Shown: one piece after another, positions 39,822 through 49,782 of the stretch
How positions within the stretch are numbered: position 1 is the stretch's first letter
How the letters are laid out: the number at the start of each line of letters is the position of its first letter
Assembly: GCA_965552055.1 (NCBI GenBank)
Contig: CBEVQO010000003.1
Span: 206,381 to 270,380 of the forward strand
Reading direction: 5' to 3'
Source: an uncultured bacterium
GTDB taxonomy: Bacteria; Hydrothermota; UBA3073; NMUJ01; CBEVQO01
DNA: 64,000 nt
The notes under the pieces: generated by a model
What the model was told of the DNA's origin: nothing
The model's database searches: none
The model's input: only the letters and a program-made list of their open reading frames with translations
Translations under genes and position numbers: made by a program

Positions 39822-41194
39822 TAGAGAAGGGGCATTTATACGACCTTGATGCAGAAAGGGCATTGCTTGCATGTCTTATGCTAAATAAAGATGCGATAAG
39901 CAGAGCGATTGAAATTGTAAAGCCAGGTGATTTTTATGATGACCGTCACAGGATAATTTATAATACAATTTTAAGGGTGTATGAAAGAGGAGAACCTGCT
40001 GACCCTGTTGTGCTGAAAAACGAATTAGAAAAAGAAGGGGTTCTTGAAAAAATAGGCGGATTAAGTTATCTATCCGAAGTTTATGACACGCCTACAGCTG
40101 TTCCTGCAAATGTCGAGCAATATGCTGAGATTATAAGAGAAAGAGCAATGCTGAGGGAATTGTTAAGCGCTTCGGAAAAGATATCAAGGATGTGTGCCGA
40201 AAGACCGGGAGAGATAGATGATATACTCGATCAGGCAGAAAAACTTATCTTCAGGATTAAACAGGAAAGGTTAAAAGGTACGATTCTATCGATTAGAGAT
40301 ATTTTGATGGAAAAATACAAAGAGATAACGGCTCTTGAAGAAGAGGAGCCTGTTTCTTCTGAGTTGATGACACAATTTCGTTCGCTCGATGAATTACTGG
40401 GAGGATTATATGCTTCTAATTTCATAATAGTAGCAGGGAGACCGAGTGCAGGCAAATCTGCTTTTGTTATGAATCTCGCAGAAAATATAGCAGAGAGCAG
40501 AAAAGTACCGGTGCTGATATTTAGTCTCGAGATGTCAGCAGAAGAGGTATGTCTGAGAATGTGGGGTAGCAGGGCAAGGGTTTCTCCTCATAGAATAAGG
40601 ACAAAAAAATTGAGCCAGCAGGAAATGGTTAGATTAACGCAGGCAGCAAGTGAATTATCCGAACTGCCGATTTATATCGATGAAACACCAAAACTACCTC
40701 TCCTTGAATTAAAAGCAAAAGCAAGAAGAATGAAATCACAAAGAAATATCGGCTTGATAATAGTTGACTACCTGCAGTTGATAGAAGCACCAAAAGCTGA
40801 GACAAGGCAGCTCGAGGTAGCACTTGTATCCCGTGAATTAAAAAGCCTGGCAAGGGAGTTAGAAATACCTGTTATCGCGGTATCACAGCTATCAAGGGCA
40901 GCAGAACAAAGAGGTGACCCCAGACCAAGATTGTCGGATTTAAGGGAATCAGGGGCTCTCGAACAGGATGCAGATGTCGTCCTCTTTATCTATAAGCATC
41001 CAAAAGCACCGGAAAAAAAGGAGAAAGAAACAGATGTGATAATTACAACGGTAGAAGTGGCAAAACACAGGACAGGACCAACAGGTAAAATAAATCTCGC
41101 TTTTTTAAAGAGCTTCGTAAAATTCCAGAATTTAGCACCCGAAGAAGAAGCAGAATACGGAGAACAGGAAGCAGTGGAGGAAGGAGAGGAATGA
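39818..41194 (+). CDS. dnaB: replicative DNA helicase
   Basis: GRPSAGKS, FSLEMS, VDYLQL, SQLSR, DLRESGALEQDAD. Confidence 0.96.
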   Translation: MIEKGHLYDLDAERALLACLMLNKDAISRAIEIVKPGDFYDDRHRIIYNTILRVYERGEPADPVVLKNELEKEGVLEKIGGLSYLSEVYDTPTAVPANVEQYAEIIRERAMLRELLSASEKISRMCAERPGEIDDILDQAEKLIFRIKQERLKGTILSIRDILMEKYKEITALEEEEPVSSELMTQFRSLDELLGGLYASNFIIVAGRPSAGKSAFVMNLAENIAESRKVPVLIFSLEMSAEEVCLRMWGSRARVSPHRIRTKKLSQQEMVRLTQAASELSELPIYIDETPKLPLLELKAKARRMKSQRNIGLIIVDYLQLIEAPKAETRQLEVALVSRELKSLARELEIPVIAVSQLSRAAEQRGDPRPRLSDLRESGALEQDADVVLFIYKHPKAPEKKEKETDVIITTVEVAKHRTGPTGKINLAFLKSFVKFQNLAPEEEAEYGEQEAVEEGEE

Positions 41195-41952
41195 GTATCA
41201 TTTATAAAATAATGATAAACATATTTGCAGTGGTAGGAGGTGTATGGCATATCCTCTGGGGCACTTTGAAGCGTCTACCACAAACATGGCGCTCAAGAAG
41301 ATTAATAGTAGATCAAATAAGGCATCTGGGACTGGGTTCAATTCCCATAATTGCTCCGACTTTCTTTTTCGCAGGAGCTGTAGTGGCATATGAGGCAAAA
41401 TTTTATGGCGGAGGTATGTTTCCAGAAATCTATATAGGGATGTTTACAGCAAAAGCTCTTATGATTGAAATTGCACCACTTTTAACCGGGATAATGTTCG
41501 CAGGAAGAGCAGGCTCATCAATGGCTGCAGAAATAGCAACAATGAGAGTAACAGAACAAATAGATGCACTCGAAACATTAGCAATAGACCCTTTGAGATT
41601 TATTTCGTTACCACGATTCGTATCCTCAATAATTGTTGTCCCGTTATTAACATTAATAGCAAACTTCGTTGGATTCATAGGAGGATTATTCTGTGCAAAG
41701 GTATTTTTCAATGTAACTGCGATAACCTACATTGAAGGCTTGAGATTGAATTTCATCCCAAGGGAATTCTGGGGCGGACTTGTCAAATCTACCTTCTTCG
41801 GCATGTGGACGGCGGTTATGAGCGTTTATTACGGGTTTACTGCTACAGGAGGAGCCGAGGGCGTTGGAAGGGCATCTACCCGTGCTGTAATTTCTTCATC
41901 AATTTTAATAATAGTTTTCGATTTAGTTGTAGCAATGACAATATTCAGATGA
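41191..41952 (+). CDS. mlaE: MlaE family ABC permease
   Basis: AGRAGSSMAAEIATMRVTEQIDALE, GAEGVGRA. Confidence 0.9.
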   Translation: MSIIYKIMINIFAVVGGVWHILWGTLKRLPQTWRSRRLIVDQIRHLGLGSIPIIAPTFFFAGAVVAYEAKFYGGGMFPEIYIGMFTAKALMIEIAPLLTGIMFAGRAGSSMAAEIATMRVTEQIDALETLAIDPLRFISLPRFVSSIIVVPLLTLIANFVGFIGGLFCAKVFFNVTAITYIEGLRLNFIPREFWGGLVKSTFFGMWTAVMSVYYGFTATGGAEGVGRASTRAVISSSILIIVFDLVVAMTIFR

Positions 41953-42680
41953 TAGAAGTTAGAAATTTGTGGAAAGCATTTGGTGATAATCAGGTACTAA
42001 AAGGTTTAAATTTAAAAGTAAACAAAGGAGAAACAGTTGTGATAATAGGAAGGTCAGGATGTGGTAAAAGTGTGCTTCTAAAACATATTGTGGGGTTGCT
42101 GAAGCCCGATAAAGGCAGTGTTTTTATAGATGGCGAAGATATAACAAAAGTATCCTATAAAAGGTTGTATGAAATAAGGAAGAAAATTGCTGTTGTTTTT
42201 CAGTGGTCTGCCCTGCTCGATTCCCTTACAGTAGCCGAAAATGTGGGATTGTGGCTAATGGAACATACCAATTTGCCAAGGGAAAAGATTATGGAAATAG
42301 TAAGGGAAAAATTGTCAATGGTAGAACTCGAAGGTGTAGAAAACAAACTACCTGCAGAACTATCAGGAGGAATGAAAAAGAGAGTAGCAATAGCAAGGGC
42401 TCTCGCTCTCGAACCCGAATACATACTCTATGATGAGCCAACAACTGCTCTCGACCCCATAACAGCAAGAAGAATAGATAAATTGATAAGAGAACTTCAA
42501 CAAAGATTAAAAATAACATCAATCGCAGTGACGCATGATTTAATAAGCGCTTCAATAATAGGAGACAGAATAGCATTGTTAAAAGATGGCAAAATAGTAT
42601 ATGAAGGAACCCCCGAAGAAATAAGGAGAACAAATAACAAAGATGTTGTTGAATTTGTAAAAGGAGGAGGTTATGTCTAA
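41949..42680 (+). CDS. mlaF: MlaF family ABC ATPase
   Basis: GRSGCGKS, LSGGMKKRV, YDEPT; ATG overlaps mlaE stop. Confidence 0.9.
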   Translation: MIEVRNLWKAFGDNQVLKGLNLKVNKGETVVIIGRSGCGKSVLLKHIVGLLKPDKGSVFIDGEDITKVSYKRLYEIRKKIAVVFQWSALLDSLTVAENVGLWLMEHTNLPREKIMEIVREKLSMVELEGVENKLPAELSGGMKKRVAIARALALEPEYILYDEPTTALDPITARRIDKLIRELQQRLKITSIAVTHDLISASIIGDRIALLKDGKIVYEGTPEEIRRTNNKDVVEFVKGGGYV

Positions 42681-43464
42681 AGAAGCAAAAGTAGGCTTGT
42701 TTGTAACAATAACAATAATATGCGGAGTTGCATGGTATATATGGGCTGCAAGAGTACAGTTCGAAAGAAGGAATAAAAGAATAGAGTTAATTTTCCCTGA
42801 TGTCGCAGGATTGAGAGTAGGAGACCCGGTGATGATACTCGGAATAAGAATAGGAAAAGTGCATAAATTAATTCCCATGCAGGAATCGGTAAAGGTGGTT
42901 GCATATATAAAAAAAGATATAAATATTTACACGGATGCAAGTGCAAGGATTAAAGACCTCGCAGTACTTGGCGGTGCAAAATATATCGCACTGAAACCAG
43001 GTAAAAGCGGAATACCACTCCCAGAAGGCAAAAGAATAAGAGGCGAACCAGATATACTTCCCGTATCAACTTATGCAGAAGTTGGAGACAGAATAAATAA
43101 AATCCTGGATAGAATAACTACACAGGAGATGGTAAAGACAACAACAAAAACAATGGAAAATATCGGAGAAGCAGCAAAAGAATTAACCCTTTTACTGAAA
43201 GACCTCAGAAAATCCGTGGAAAATACCCTGAAAGAAACAAATACTTCTTTGAAAGAGATAAGAGAAGTAGCAAATAAAATGAAAAGAATAGCAGAAAGAG
43301 CAGATACGATAATGCTTGCACTGAAAAATAATAAAAGCACAATCGGAAATTTGATTTACGATGATAAGATTTATAATGATTTGAAAGAAGCGATAAATTC
43401 AGTTAAAGAACTCGCAAAAGATATAAAGGAACATCCAGGTAGATATATAAAAGTTAGATTTTAA
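42673..43464 (+). CDS. mlaD: MlaD/MCE family protein
   Basis: EAKVG, GLRVGDPV...GI.IG.V MCE domain + helical tail. Confidence 0.85.
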   Translation: MSKEAKVGLFVTITIICGVAWYIWAARVQFERRNKRIELIFPDVAGLRVGDPVMILGIRIGKVHKLIPMQESVKVVAYIKKDINIYTDASARIKDLAVLGGAKYIALKPGKSGIPLPEGKRIRGEPDILPVSTYAEVGDRINKILDRITTQEMVKTTTKTMENIGEAAKELTLLLKDLRKSVENTLKETNTSLKEIREVANKMKRIAERADTIMLALKNNKSTIGNLIYDDKIYNDLKEAINSVKELAKDIKEHPGRYIKVRF

Positions 43465-44741
43465 TGGCATATATTTGTAAAAATTGCGGATATAAAAGTA
43501 CAAAATGGCTGGGTAGATGCCCAAATTGCGGCGAATGGAATACTTTTGAAGAAGAGAAAAAAGGTATAAAAAAAGAATATAAAAAAACATCTTCATCTTT
43601 AAAAGAAGTTAAGAAAATAGAGAGGGAAAGGATAAAAACAGGAATTGACGAATTTGACAGAGTAGTTGGTGGAGGACTTGTTTCAGGAAGCTTTATACTT
43701 CTTGGAGGTATTCCTGGTATAGGCAAATCAACACTTCTCTTGCAGATTGCACAAAAGCTTGCACAAAAAGACAAAAAAGTTTTGTATATATCGGGTGAGG
43801 AATCACCGGAACAAATAAAAATGCGTGCGGATAGAATCGATGTAAATGACGAAAATATTTTGATAACAAAAGAAACTTCAATGGACGATTTAATAGAAGA
43901 AGTAAAATTTGTAAAACCTGATTTTCTAATTTGTGATTCAATTCAAACTTTAAAGGTTGAAGATATGGAGTCGCCTCCTGGTAGTGTAGCACAGGTGCGT
44001 GAGTGCGGTGCAAAGCTCCTTGATATTGCAAAAAGTTTGGGAATTACAGTGTTCGCAATCGGACATGTTACAAAAGAAGGAATAATTGCAGGACCAAAAA
44101 CACTGGAACATATGGTAGATACGGTTTTATATCTTGAAGGTGATAAAAGTCATTTATTCAGGATTTTGCGTGCTGAAAAAAATCGCTTCGGACCAACAAA
44201 TGAAATAGGATTATTTGAGATGACAGATAAAGGTATGATAGAGGTAAAGGATCCTTCACGCTTTTTCCTGCGGGATAAAAAAACAGAACCAGGTGAAGCA
44301 ATATCATGTACAGTAGAGGGAACAAGACCTTTACTTATAGAGATACAGGCATTATCAACAGAATGTAAGTTTGGCTATCCACAAAGGATAACATCCGGAT
44401 ACGATTACAACAGGTTTTCAATGCTACTGGCAGTGATAGAGAGAAATCTGGAGATATATACAGGTGATAAAAATATATTTTTGAATGTAGTTGGAGGGTT
44501 GAAGTTGCGAGAAACTGCGTGTGACCTTGCAGTTGTTATGGCTATAGTATCTGCTATTTTGAAGAAGAAAATAAAAGAAGAGACGGTATTGATAGGAGAA
44601 GTAGGGCTACTTGGTGAGATAATAGAGGTGCCGATGCTCGATAAAAGGATAAAAGAAGCACAAAGGCTTGGTTTTAAGCATTTTATAACACCCGAAAACA
44701 CAAAAACAATAAAAGAAGCATTTCAGAAGATGTTTGGATAA
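43464..44741 (+). CDS. radA: DNA repair protein RadA/Sms
   Basis: CxxC..W.G.CP.C..WNT, PGIGKST, KNRFG. Confidence 0.96.
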   Translation: MAYICKNCGYKSTKWLGRCPNCGEWNTFEEEKKGIKKEYKKTSSSLKEVKKIERERIKTGIDEFDRVVGGGLVSGSFILLGGIPGIGKSTLLLQIAQKLAQKDKKVLYISGEESPEQIKMRADRIDVNDENILITKETSMDDLIEEVKFVKPDFLICDSIQTLKVEDMESPPGSVAQVRECGAKLLDIAKSLGITVFAIGHVTKEGIIAGPKTLEHMVDTVLYLEGDKSHLFRILRAEKNRFGPTNEIGLFEMTDKGMIEVKDPSRFFLRDKKTEPGEAISCTVEGTRPLLIEIQALSTECKFGYPQRITSGYDYNRFSMLLAVIERNLEIYTGDKNIFLNVVGGLKLRETACDLAVVMAIVSAILKKKIKEETVLIGEVGLLGEIIEVPMLDKRIKEAQRLGFKHFITPENTKTIKEAFQKMFG

Positions 44742-44785
44742 ATAATTTTTAGCCCCGCCTCCGCTGTCCCCGCCTTCCCGATTAA

Positions 44786-44913
44786 GTCAGCCCACTCATA
44801 CCGCTGAAATATGTAAGCAGCAGATAAAGCCACAAACCCTGCTATAACCCACATCACCGTAATGGGCTGACATATCAACCCATATGTAATGCACTCGCTT
44901 CGCTCGTAATAAA
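44786..44913. other. GC-rich structured non-coding element
   Basis: GTCAGCCCA (44786) / TGGGCTGAC (to 44871) inverted repeat enclosing further stems; alternative hairpin 44862-44883. Confidence 0.45.
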
Positions 44914-44921
44914 AATTTCCC

Positions 44922-44948
44922 TTGACAATCCATATTTTTGCATATAAT
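44922..44948 (+). promoter_or_regulatory. promoter, leaderless
   Basis: TTGACA-15bp-TATAAT, ATG 44955 with no SD. Confidence 0.65.
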
Positions 44949-44954
44949 TTGATA

Positions 44955-45446
44955 ATGGGTAAAAGTGCAGAAGAAAAGTTCTGGGAAGCATTGAGTAGAT
45001 TGATAGAAAGACAGGAACAAAATGAGAAAGCAATAGAAAGATCGCGTGAAAGACAGGAGAAAACTGATGAGCAATTAAGAAAGATACAGAGAGAGACGCA
45101 TGAGGAATTTAAGAGAATAATTCGTGAGATGCATATATCTGACAAAAAATTAAGAGAGCGGGTAGAAGCTGTTTCTGATGGCTATGGTAGATTTGTTGAG
45201 GGGATAGTTTTTCCTTCTGCACTTGAGACATTCAGGAAAATGGGGTTTAAAATCGAAGAAGCAAGCATAAGGCAGGGAGTTTTTGATGACAATAGAAAAG
45301 TGGCAGAGGTAGATAACTGGATTGAAGCAGTTTTTAACGGCAAAAAATACATAATAGCAGGTGAAGCCAAAACAACATGCACATCCGATGTTAAACCACA
45401 TGCATCCCCTCCAAGGCACAGCATTGACTATGCTATGGCTTTTTAA
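44955..45446 (+). pseudogene. truncated coiled-coil PD-(D/E)XK-like nuclease (paralog of 50724/51444 genes)
   Basis: Near-identical to paralogs up to ...GEAKTTCTSD (nt 45390), then unrelated sequence; lacks ~60 C-terminal aa. Confidence 0.8.
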
Positions 45447-45573
45447 CTACCTATATATGAGGCACTGCTTCGCCCATATTTAAAAATTTAACACACGCAT
45501 ACCCTCGCAGCACTTGCTCGGGTGTGTCAAATACCCCGCTATCGCTTGTATTAAATCTTTAAGCACAAAACAC

Positions 45574-45600
45574 TTGACAAATCAGGTAAGGAATTATAAA
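45574..45600 (+). promoter_or_regulatory. promoter for surface-protein array
   Basis: TTGACA-15bp-TATAAA upstream of AGGAGG. Confidence 0.5.
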
Positions 45601-45606
45601 TGTTTA

Positions 45607-45633
45607 AAATAGGAGGGGGTATGAGGTGGTGTG
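45607..45633 (+). repeat. 27-nt RBS+MRWC leader repeat, copy 1 of 4 (others 46473, 55344, 57922)
   Basis: AAATAGGAGGG(G/A)GTATGAGGTGGTGTG. Confidence 0.9.
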
Positions 45634-46478
45634 TTATAATACTTGCAATTTTGTTTGCAGGATGTTATCAGCCAAAATACAGGATGGGCAAACTCGAAGA
45701 GAAACAGATAGAGCCACTAAATGCAAATGCTGTGATTAAAGTAAAAATAGAAGAGATGAAAGGAATACCCGAAGAATGGAAACCAGATATAGAGGAAGCA
45801 GTGGAGCAAAGTTTAAAGAAACTGTGGAACAATAAATTGGAACCCATGCTCGCACTCGAATGTAAATTAAAAATGAGATATGAAGAAACACCTTTTAAAG
45901 TCAAGGGTAAGATCAGATTAAAAGCATACTTAAAAACAGAAGATATGTTAGTTGATTCTTTCATAATTACTGCAAAGAAAACATCAATGAGGGAAATAGA
46001 TTTAATAAAACATCAGGGGGGAATTATCCGCAAATTATTATCGCAAGTGATAAATCAATTAAAAACGGAAATTAAGAAAAAAGAAAAAGAAATTTTAAGT
46101 AAGATAAGTCCGCCAAGTTTGTTTATGGAAATTGAATTTAAGGATGAGAACAACAATATGGTGCTGGATGCAAGTGAAGTTTGCACCCTTTATATCACAC
46201 TTATAAACAAATTAAAAAAGGCAACTGCAGGAGTAAAAGTGGGAATCGATTTGCTATCCCCAGATTATGAAGAAATGTTAGAAATATCACCACCAGTAAA
46301 CACAGGCATTTTCAAAAAATGGGAAAAGAAAATTGTAAAGCAATGGATAATGGCAGGACCTCTCATTCAATCAGGTCAATTCACCATAAGAATAAAATGC
46401 GATTATCTCGGCAAAACCATAATTTACAAAGATATGTATATCGTGGCAAGGGGTAGATTCGGCATTTATAAAAAATAG
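45621..46478 (+). CDS. putative lipoprotein with shared C-terminal Ig/CARDB-like domain (S1)
   Basis: MRWC leader, lipobox LFAGC; DENNNMVLDASE...RGRFGIYKK domain. Confidence 0.7.
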   Translation: MRWCVIILAILFAGCYQPKYRMGKLEEKQIEPLNANAVIKVKIEEMKGIPEEWKPDIEEAVEQSLKKLWNNKLEPMLALECKLKMRYEETPFKVKGKIRLKAYLKTEDMLVDSFIITAKKTSMREIDLIKHQGGIIRKLLSQVINQLKTEIKKKEKEILSKISPPSLFMEIEFKDENNNMVLDASEVCTLYITLINKLKKATAGVKVGIDLLSPDYEEMLEISPPVNTGIFKKWEKKIVKQWIMAGPLIQSGQFTIRIKCDYLGKTIIYKDMYIVARGRFGIYKK

Positions 46479-46499
46479 GAGGGAGTATGAGGTGGTGTG
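46473..46499 (+). repeat. 27-nt leader repeat copy 2
   Basis: One mismatch to copy 1; contains TAG stop of upstream gene. Confidence 0.9.
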
Positions 46500-48535
46500 T
46501 TATCATTTTTCCTTTGTCTCTGTCTGCAAAGGTGCTGACAATTGCGGTAGCACCCTTTAAGAATCTGACCCAGAACCAGCAACTCGCATGGTGCGAACAG
46601 GCATTCCAGATTCTACTGCAAACAAAACTCGGTAAACTACACACATTCAACATAAGGGAAAGAGCAGAAATACTCGCTCGAATGGCAAAATTTGAAGATA
46701 AATTCGGAACTGAAGATTTTGAGAAAAAATTAAGAGAAATGCTAACAGCAGATATTTACATATTCGGGGAATTCCTGTCACCGGATGGCGTATCCGCTAC
46801 AATAACTGCAAGAGCAACCGATAAAGATGGGAAAATTATCACAGGAATAGAAAAGCAAACATCTAACCTTCGACATGATATAACAAAAATATGTGATGAA
46901 ATAGTGGCAGAACTTCTGGCAAAATTGGATATTAAACCTACGGATGAAGAAAAAATTATGATGAAAAAAGCAGTAACAGAATCAACAGATGCATTCGTAG
47001 AACTAATCATAGGATTGACATTGCACGAAGGAATAGGAGTTGAGAAAAATATAAGAGAAGCGATAAATCACTACAAAAATGCAATAAAGATAGACCCCAA
47101 TTATCTATCTGCCTATTATAATCTGGGAAATGCGTATCTTGAAATCGGAGAATACAAATCGGCAATTGCTCAATATCAAAAAATATTGAGTGAAACGCCA
47201 AGAGACCCCGATGCACTGAATAACATGGGTATGGCTTATCATCATATAGGAGAATATCAAAAAGCAATACAATGTTATAAAAAAGCACTGGAATTTAGAG
47301 AAGACTCGGATATATGTTTCAATATGGCACAGGCATATTATGATATGGGAGATTACAATAAAGCACTAATGTTGTTTGAAGAAATAAGAGATGAATTTGA
47401 AGAAAAAGAAGATTTAGAATATCAGATAGCACTTTGCTATCACAAAACAGGTGATTTACAAAAAGCAACTATGATTTTGAATTCTTTGCTGTTGTCAAAT
47501 CCACAAAAACCTGCACGCCTGCATAGAGTACTCGCAACGATTTATGTAGAACAGGGGAAATATCCACTTGCTGAAGAAGAATTAAAAGAAGCGATAAAAA
47601 TAGAACCGGACAGTATAAAAAATTACAAGGCACTTGCCGACCTTTATATAAAAATGGGAAGATATGGAGCAGCGCTCACAATTTTTGAAGAAATAGTTAA
47701 GAAAAAGCCAGACGAAAGCTATCCACATTATGCACTGGGACAATTATATCAGGATATGGGAGAAAAAGAAAAAGCACTAAAAGAATTTGAGACAGCGATA
47801 AATCTGTCGGAAAGCGGTAAAAATAAACTTGGCAAAAAAGAGCTGGCAGATGCATATCACAGAGCAGGCAAAATTTATATAGAAAAAGGGGAGATGAAAA
47901 AGGCAAAAGAATATCTTTTTAAAGCATACAGGATAAATCCTGATGAAAAAATAACTTATGACCTTGCTCTTTTATGCTATAAGATGGGTAATTTCAACAG
48001 TGCCTTGAGGTATTTTGAAGAATGTGCGGATTATTTTAAAAATCCGGATATTTATTATTTGATGGGAGTTTGTGCAATGAAACTTGGCTTTAATCCCGAG
48101 AAATATTTTGATAAAGTTCTTGAGTTAAATCCTCATCATCCCGATGTTAATTATTTTATGGGTGTGGAATATATGAAAAGGGGTGATTTTTATGGTGCTC
48201 GTAAATATTTTTTGAGGGCAATAGGAGGAGGGCTGACAAAGGAACTCCTTGCAGATGCCTATTACAATCTTGGTATTTGTTATGAGCATAACAGTTTTAA
48301 CGAAAGATTTGGTGAGGGATACGATTGGGAATCCGCAGTTGATGCATTTAAGAAAGCAATATCATATAGACAAGATTTCTTTGATGCTTATTACAATCTT
48401 GGCTATCTGTATGTGCAAAGAGAGATGTGGCATGATGCGCTTTTAATTTTTGAAAAAAGTTTACCCTATGCACCACAGGATAAGAAAAAAGAATTAGAAG
48501 AAAAAATCGAAGCATTAAAAAGGAGGGTAAGATGA
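46487..48535 (+). CDS. secreted TPR protein with N-terminal CsgG/TolB-N-like domain (S2)
   Basis: TIAVAPF.N motif; more than 10 TPR motifs (AYYNLG, ALNNMG). Confidence 0.8.
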   Translation: MRWCVIIFPLSLSAKVLTIAVAPFKNLTQNQQLAWCEQAFQILLQTKLGKLHTFNIRERAEILARMAKFEDKFGTEDFEKKLREMLTADIYIFGEFLSPDGVSATITARATDKDGKIITGIEKQTSNLRHDITKICDEIVAELLAKLDIKPTDEEKIMMKKAVTESTDAFVELIIGLTLHEGIGVEKNIREAINHYKNAIKIDPNYLSAYYNLGNAYLEIGEYKSAIAQYQKILSETPRDPDALNNMGMAYHHIGEYQKAIQCYKKALEFREDSDICFNMAQAYYDMGDYNKALMLFEEIRDEFEEKEDLEYQIALCYHKTGDLQKATMILNSLLLSNPQKPARLHRVLATIYVEQGKYPLAEEELKEAIKIEPDSIKNYKALADLYIKMGRYGAALTIFEEIVKKKPDESYPHYALGQLYQDMGEKEKALKEFETAINLSESGKNKLGKKELADAYHRAGKIYIEKGEMKKAKEYLFKAYRINPDEKITYDLALLCYKMGNFNSALRYFEECADYFKNPDIYYLMGVCAMKLGFNPEKYFDKVLELNPHHPDVNYFMGVEYMKRGDFYGARKYFLRAIGGGLTKELLADAYYNLGICYEHNSFNERFGEGYDWESAVDAFKKAISYRQDFFDAYYNLGYLYVQREMWHDALLIFEKSLPYAPQDKKKELEEKIEALKRRVR

Positions 48536-48615
48536 AGGGAAAAATTTGTGGGGTGGTGCTCGGCGTATTAACCGCAGTAGCCACGCACTCACAGCAACCT
48601 CGATGGTACTTCTAT
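48514..48615 (+). repeat. 102-bp identical direct repeat (RBS + 28-codon leader), copy 1
   Basis: Identical to 49782-49883 by eye. Confidence 0.92.
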
Positions 48616-49782
48616 CAATCATTCCAAGGTACATTTAAAAGATACTTGGTTGAATATAATGGATGTGATTATTGGGATTGGGGATATTGGACATATCAGT
48701 CCTTTTCTTTAAATTTTATTGTAAAGAATTTTGGTTTTAACTTTCCATTATTCTACTGGGAGCACTGGAAATGGTTTAATTCTGGTTGGTCAGAATTTAC
48801 TTCCAAATCTCTATTTCTAAGAAAACTAAGTTTAAATGTGTATTCAACGGATGAGATGTTAAGAGAACCTTTTGATAATTTCTTCATATTAACAGGATAT
48901 ATGGATATAGATTTAAAAGAAGATAGGTATTGGAAAGGCATCAGAATTAATTATTTTCCGAAGAAAGAGATAAAATTAGCAACAAATTTCAAATTCCTGC
49001 GAGCAGATACTTATAATTTTAATTTTCAAACTTATTTATTGAAACCTTTCTATAAAATAGAAGCGATGTTTTCCCTTAATGAACTTGGTAAAAGTATTGG
49101 CATAAATTTGAGAATAGGGAAAAATCTTCATACATTCATTTTGTCCGAGCTTTATTATGTATTCTCAGGAGATAAAAGAAATGAGTATTTTATTGAATTG
49201 GGAGGCACTATAGCAGAATATTATAAAAAATATAACATGGGCATTTATGGCTGTTTGTATAAATATCCATTTAAAATAGAAGGAAAATGTGGAATAGAAA
49301 AATATTTAGAAAAAAACTGGGATGAATTCCAATATTTTTCCTATTATGTTCAAGTTAGCGTAAGCGGGTATTGGGGAAAGGTTTTGGATAGAAAAGTGAG
49401 AAAGTTAAAAGAATATGTGGAACAAATTTATATTTATCCAACATTGGTGGACGAAGATGGGGATGGCAAATTGGAAGCAGATGAAAGTTGTTATATTGAA
49501 GCGAAGTTGATTAATAAATTAGATAAATTAATAAGAAATCTAAAAGTAGAAGTAGAAGTGATAAGCCCAGATTATAAAGACCTTGTTAAATTCCCAAGTG
49601 TAAAAATAAACAGAATCGAAGGATGGGGTAAGAAAAAGTTAAAGATACCAATTCGATATAGTCCTTTCATTCACACAGGCACATTGGAAATTAATATAAG
49701 ATGTTATAAAGGAAAAGTCAAATTGGGTGAGAAACGCATGCTTATATATGTAATGGGTGCATCAGATATTTTTAAAAGATAA
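48532..49782 (+). CDS. putative outer-membrane protein: aromatic-rich barrel-like region + shared C-terminal domain (S3)
   Basis: Signal peptide; Y/W/F-rich core; DEDGDGKLEADE...MGASDIFKR. Confidence 0.65.
   Translation: MKGKICGVVLGVLTAVATHSQQPRWYFYQSFQGTFKRYLVEYNGCDYWDWGYWTYQSFSLNFIVKNFGFNFPLFYWEHWKWFNSGWSEFTSKSLFLRKLSLNVYSTDEMLREPFDNFFILTGYMDIDLKEDRYWKGIRINYFPKKEIKLATNFKFLRADTYNFNFQTYLLKPFYKIEAMFSLNELGKSIGINLRIGKNLHTFILSELYYVFSGDKRNEYFIELGGTIAEYYKKYNMGIYGCLYKYPFKIEGKCGIEKYLEKNWDEFQYFSYYVQVSVSGYWGKVLDRKVRKLKEYVEQIYIYPTLVDEDGDGKLEADESCYIEAKLINKLDKLIRNLKVEVEVISPDYKDLVKFPSVKINRIEGWGKKKLKIPIRYSPFIHTGTLEINIRCYKGKVKLGEKRMLIYVMGASDIFKR

Noticed and set aside
41805..41948. N-terminal extension of MlaF in the ORF track (likewise upstream starts at 44922, 45600, 54774, 29265)
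   Set aside because: Overlap upstream genes or promoters; downstream starts fit family length and signals better.
44723..45145. Minus-strand 140-aa and 92-aa ORFs, and similar antisense ORFs over the coiled-coil genes
   Set aside because: Shadows of purine-rich repetitive coding sequence; no recognisable motifs or initiation signals.
45390..45532. Integron attC sites (GTTAAAC at the truncation point; ATTTAAC...GTCAAAT hairpin)
   Set aside because: Hairpin is ~47 nt with an imperfect core, is not repeated after the other genes, and there is no intI in the window; kept only as an unclassified element.
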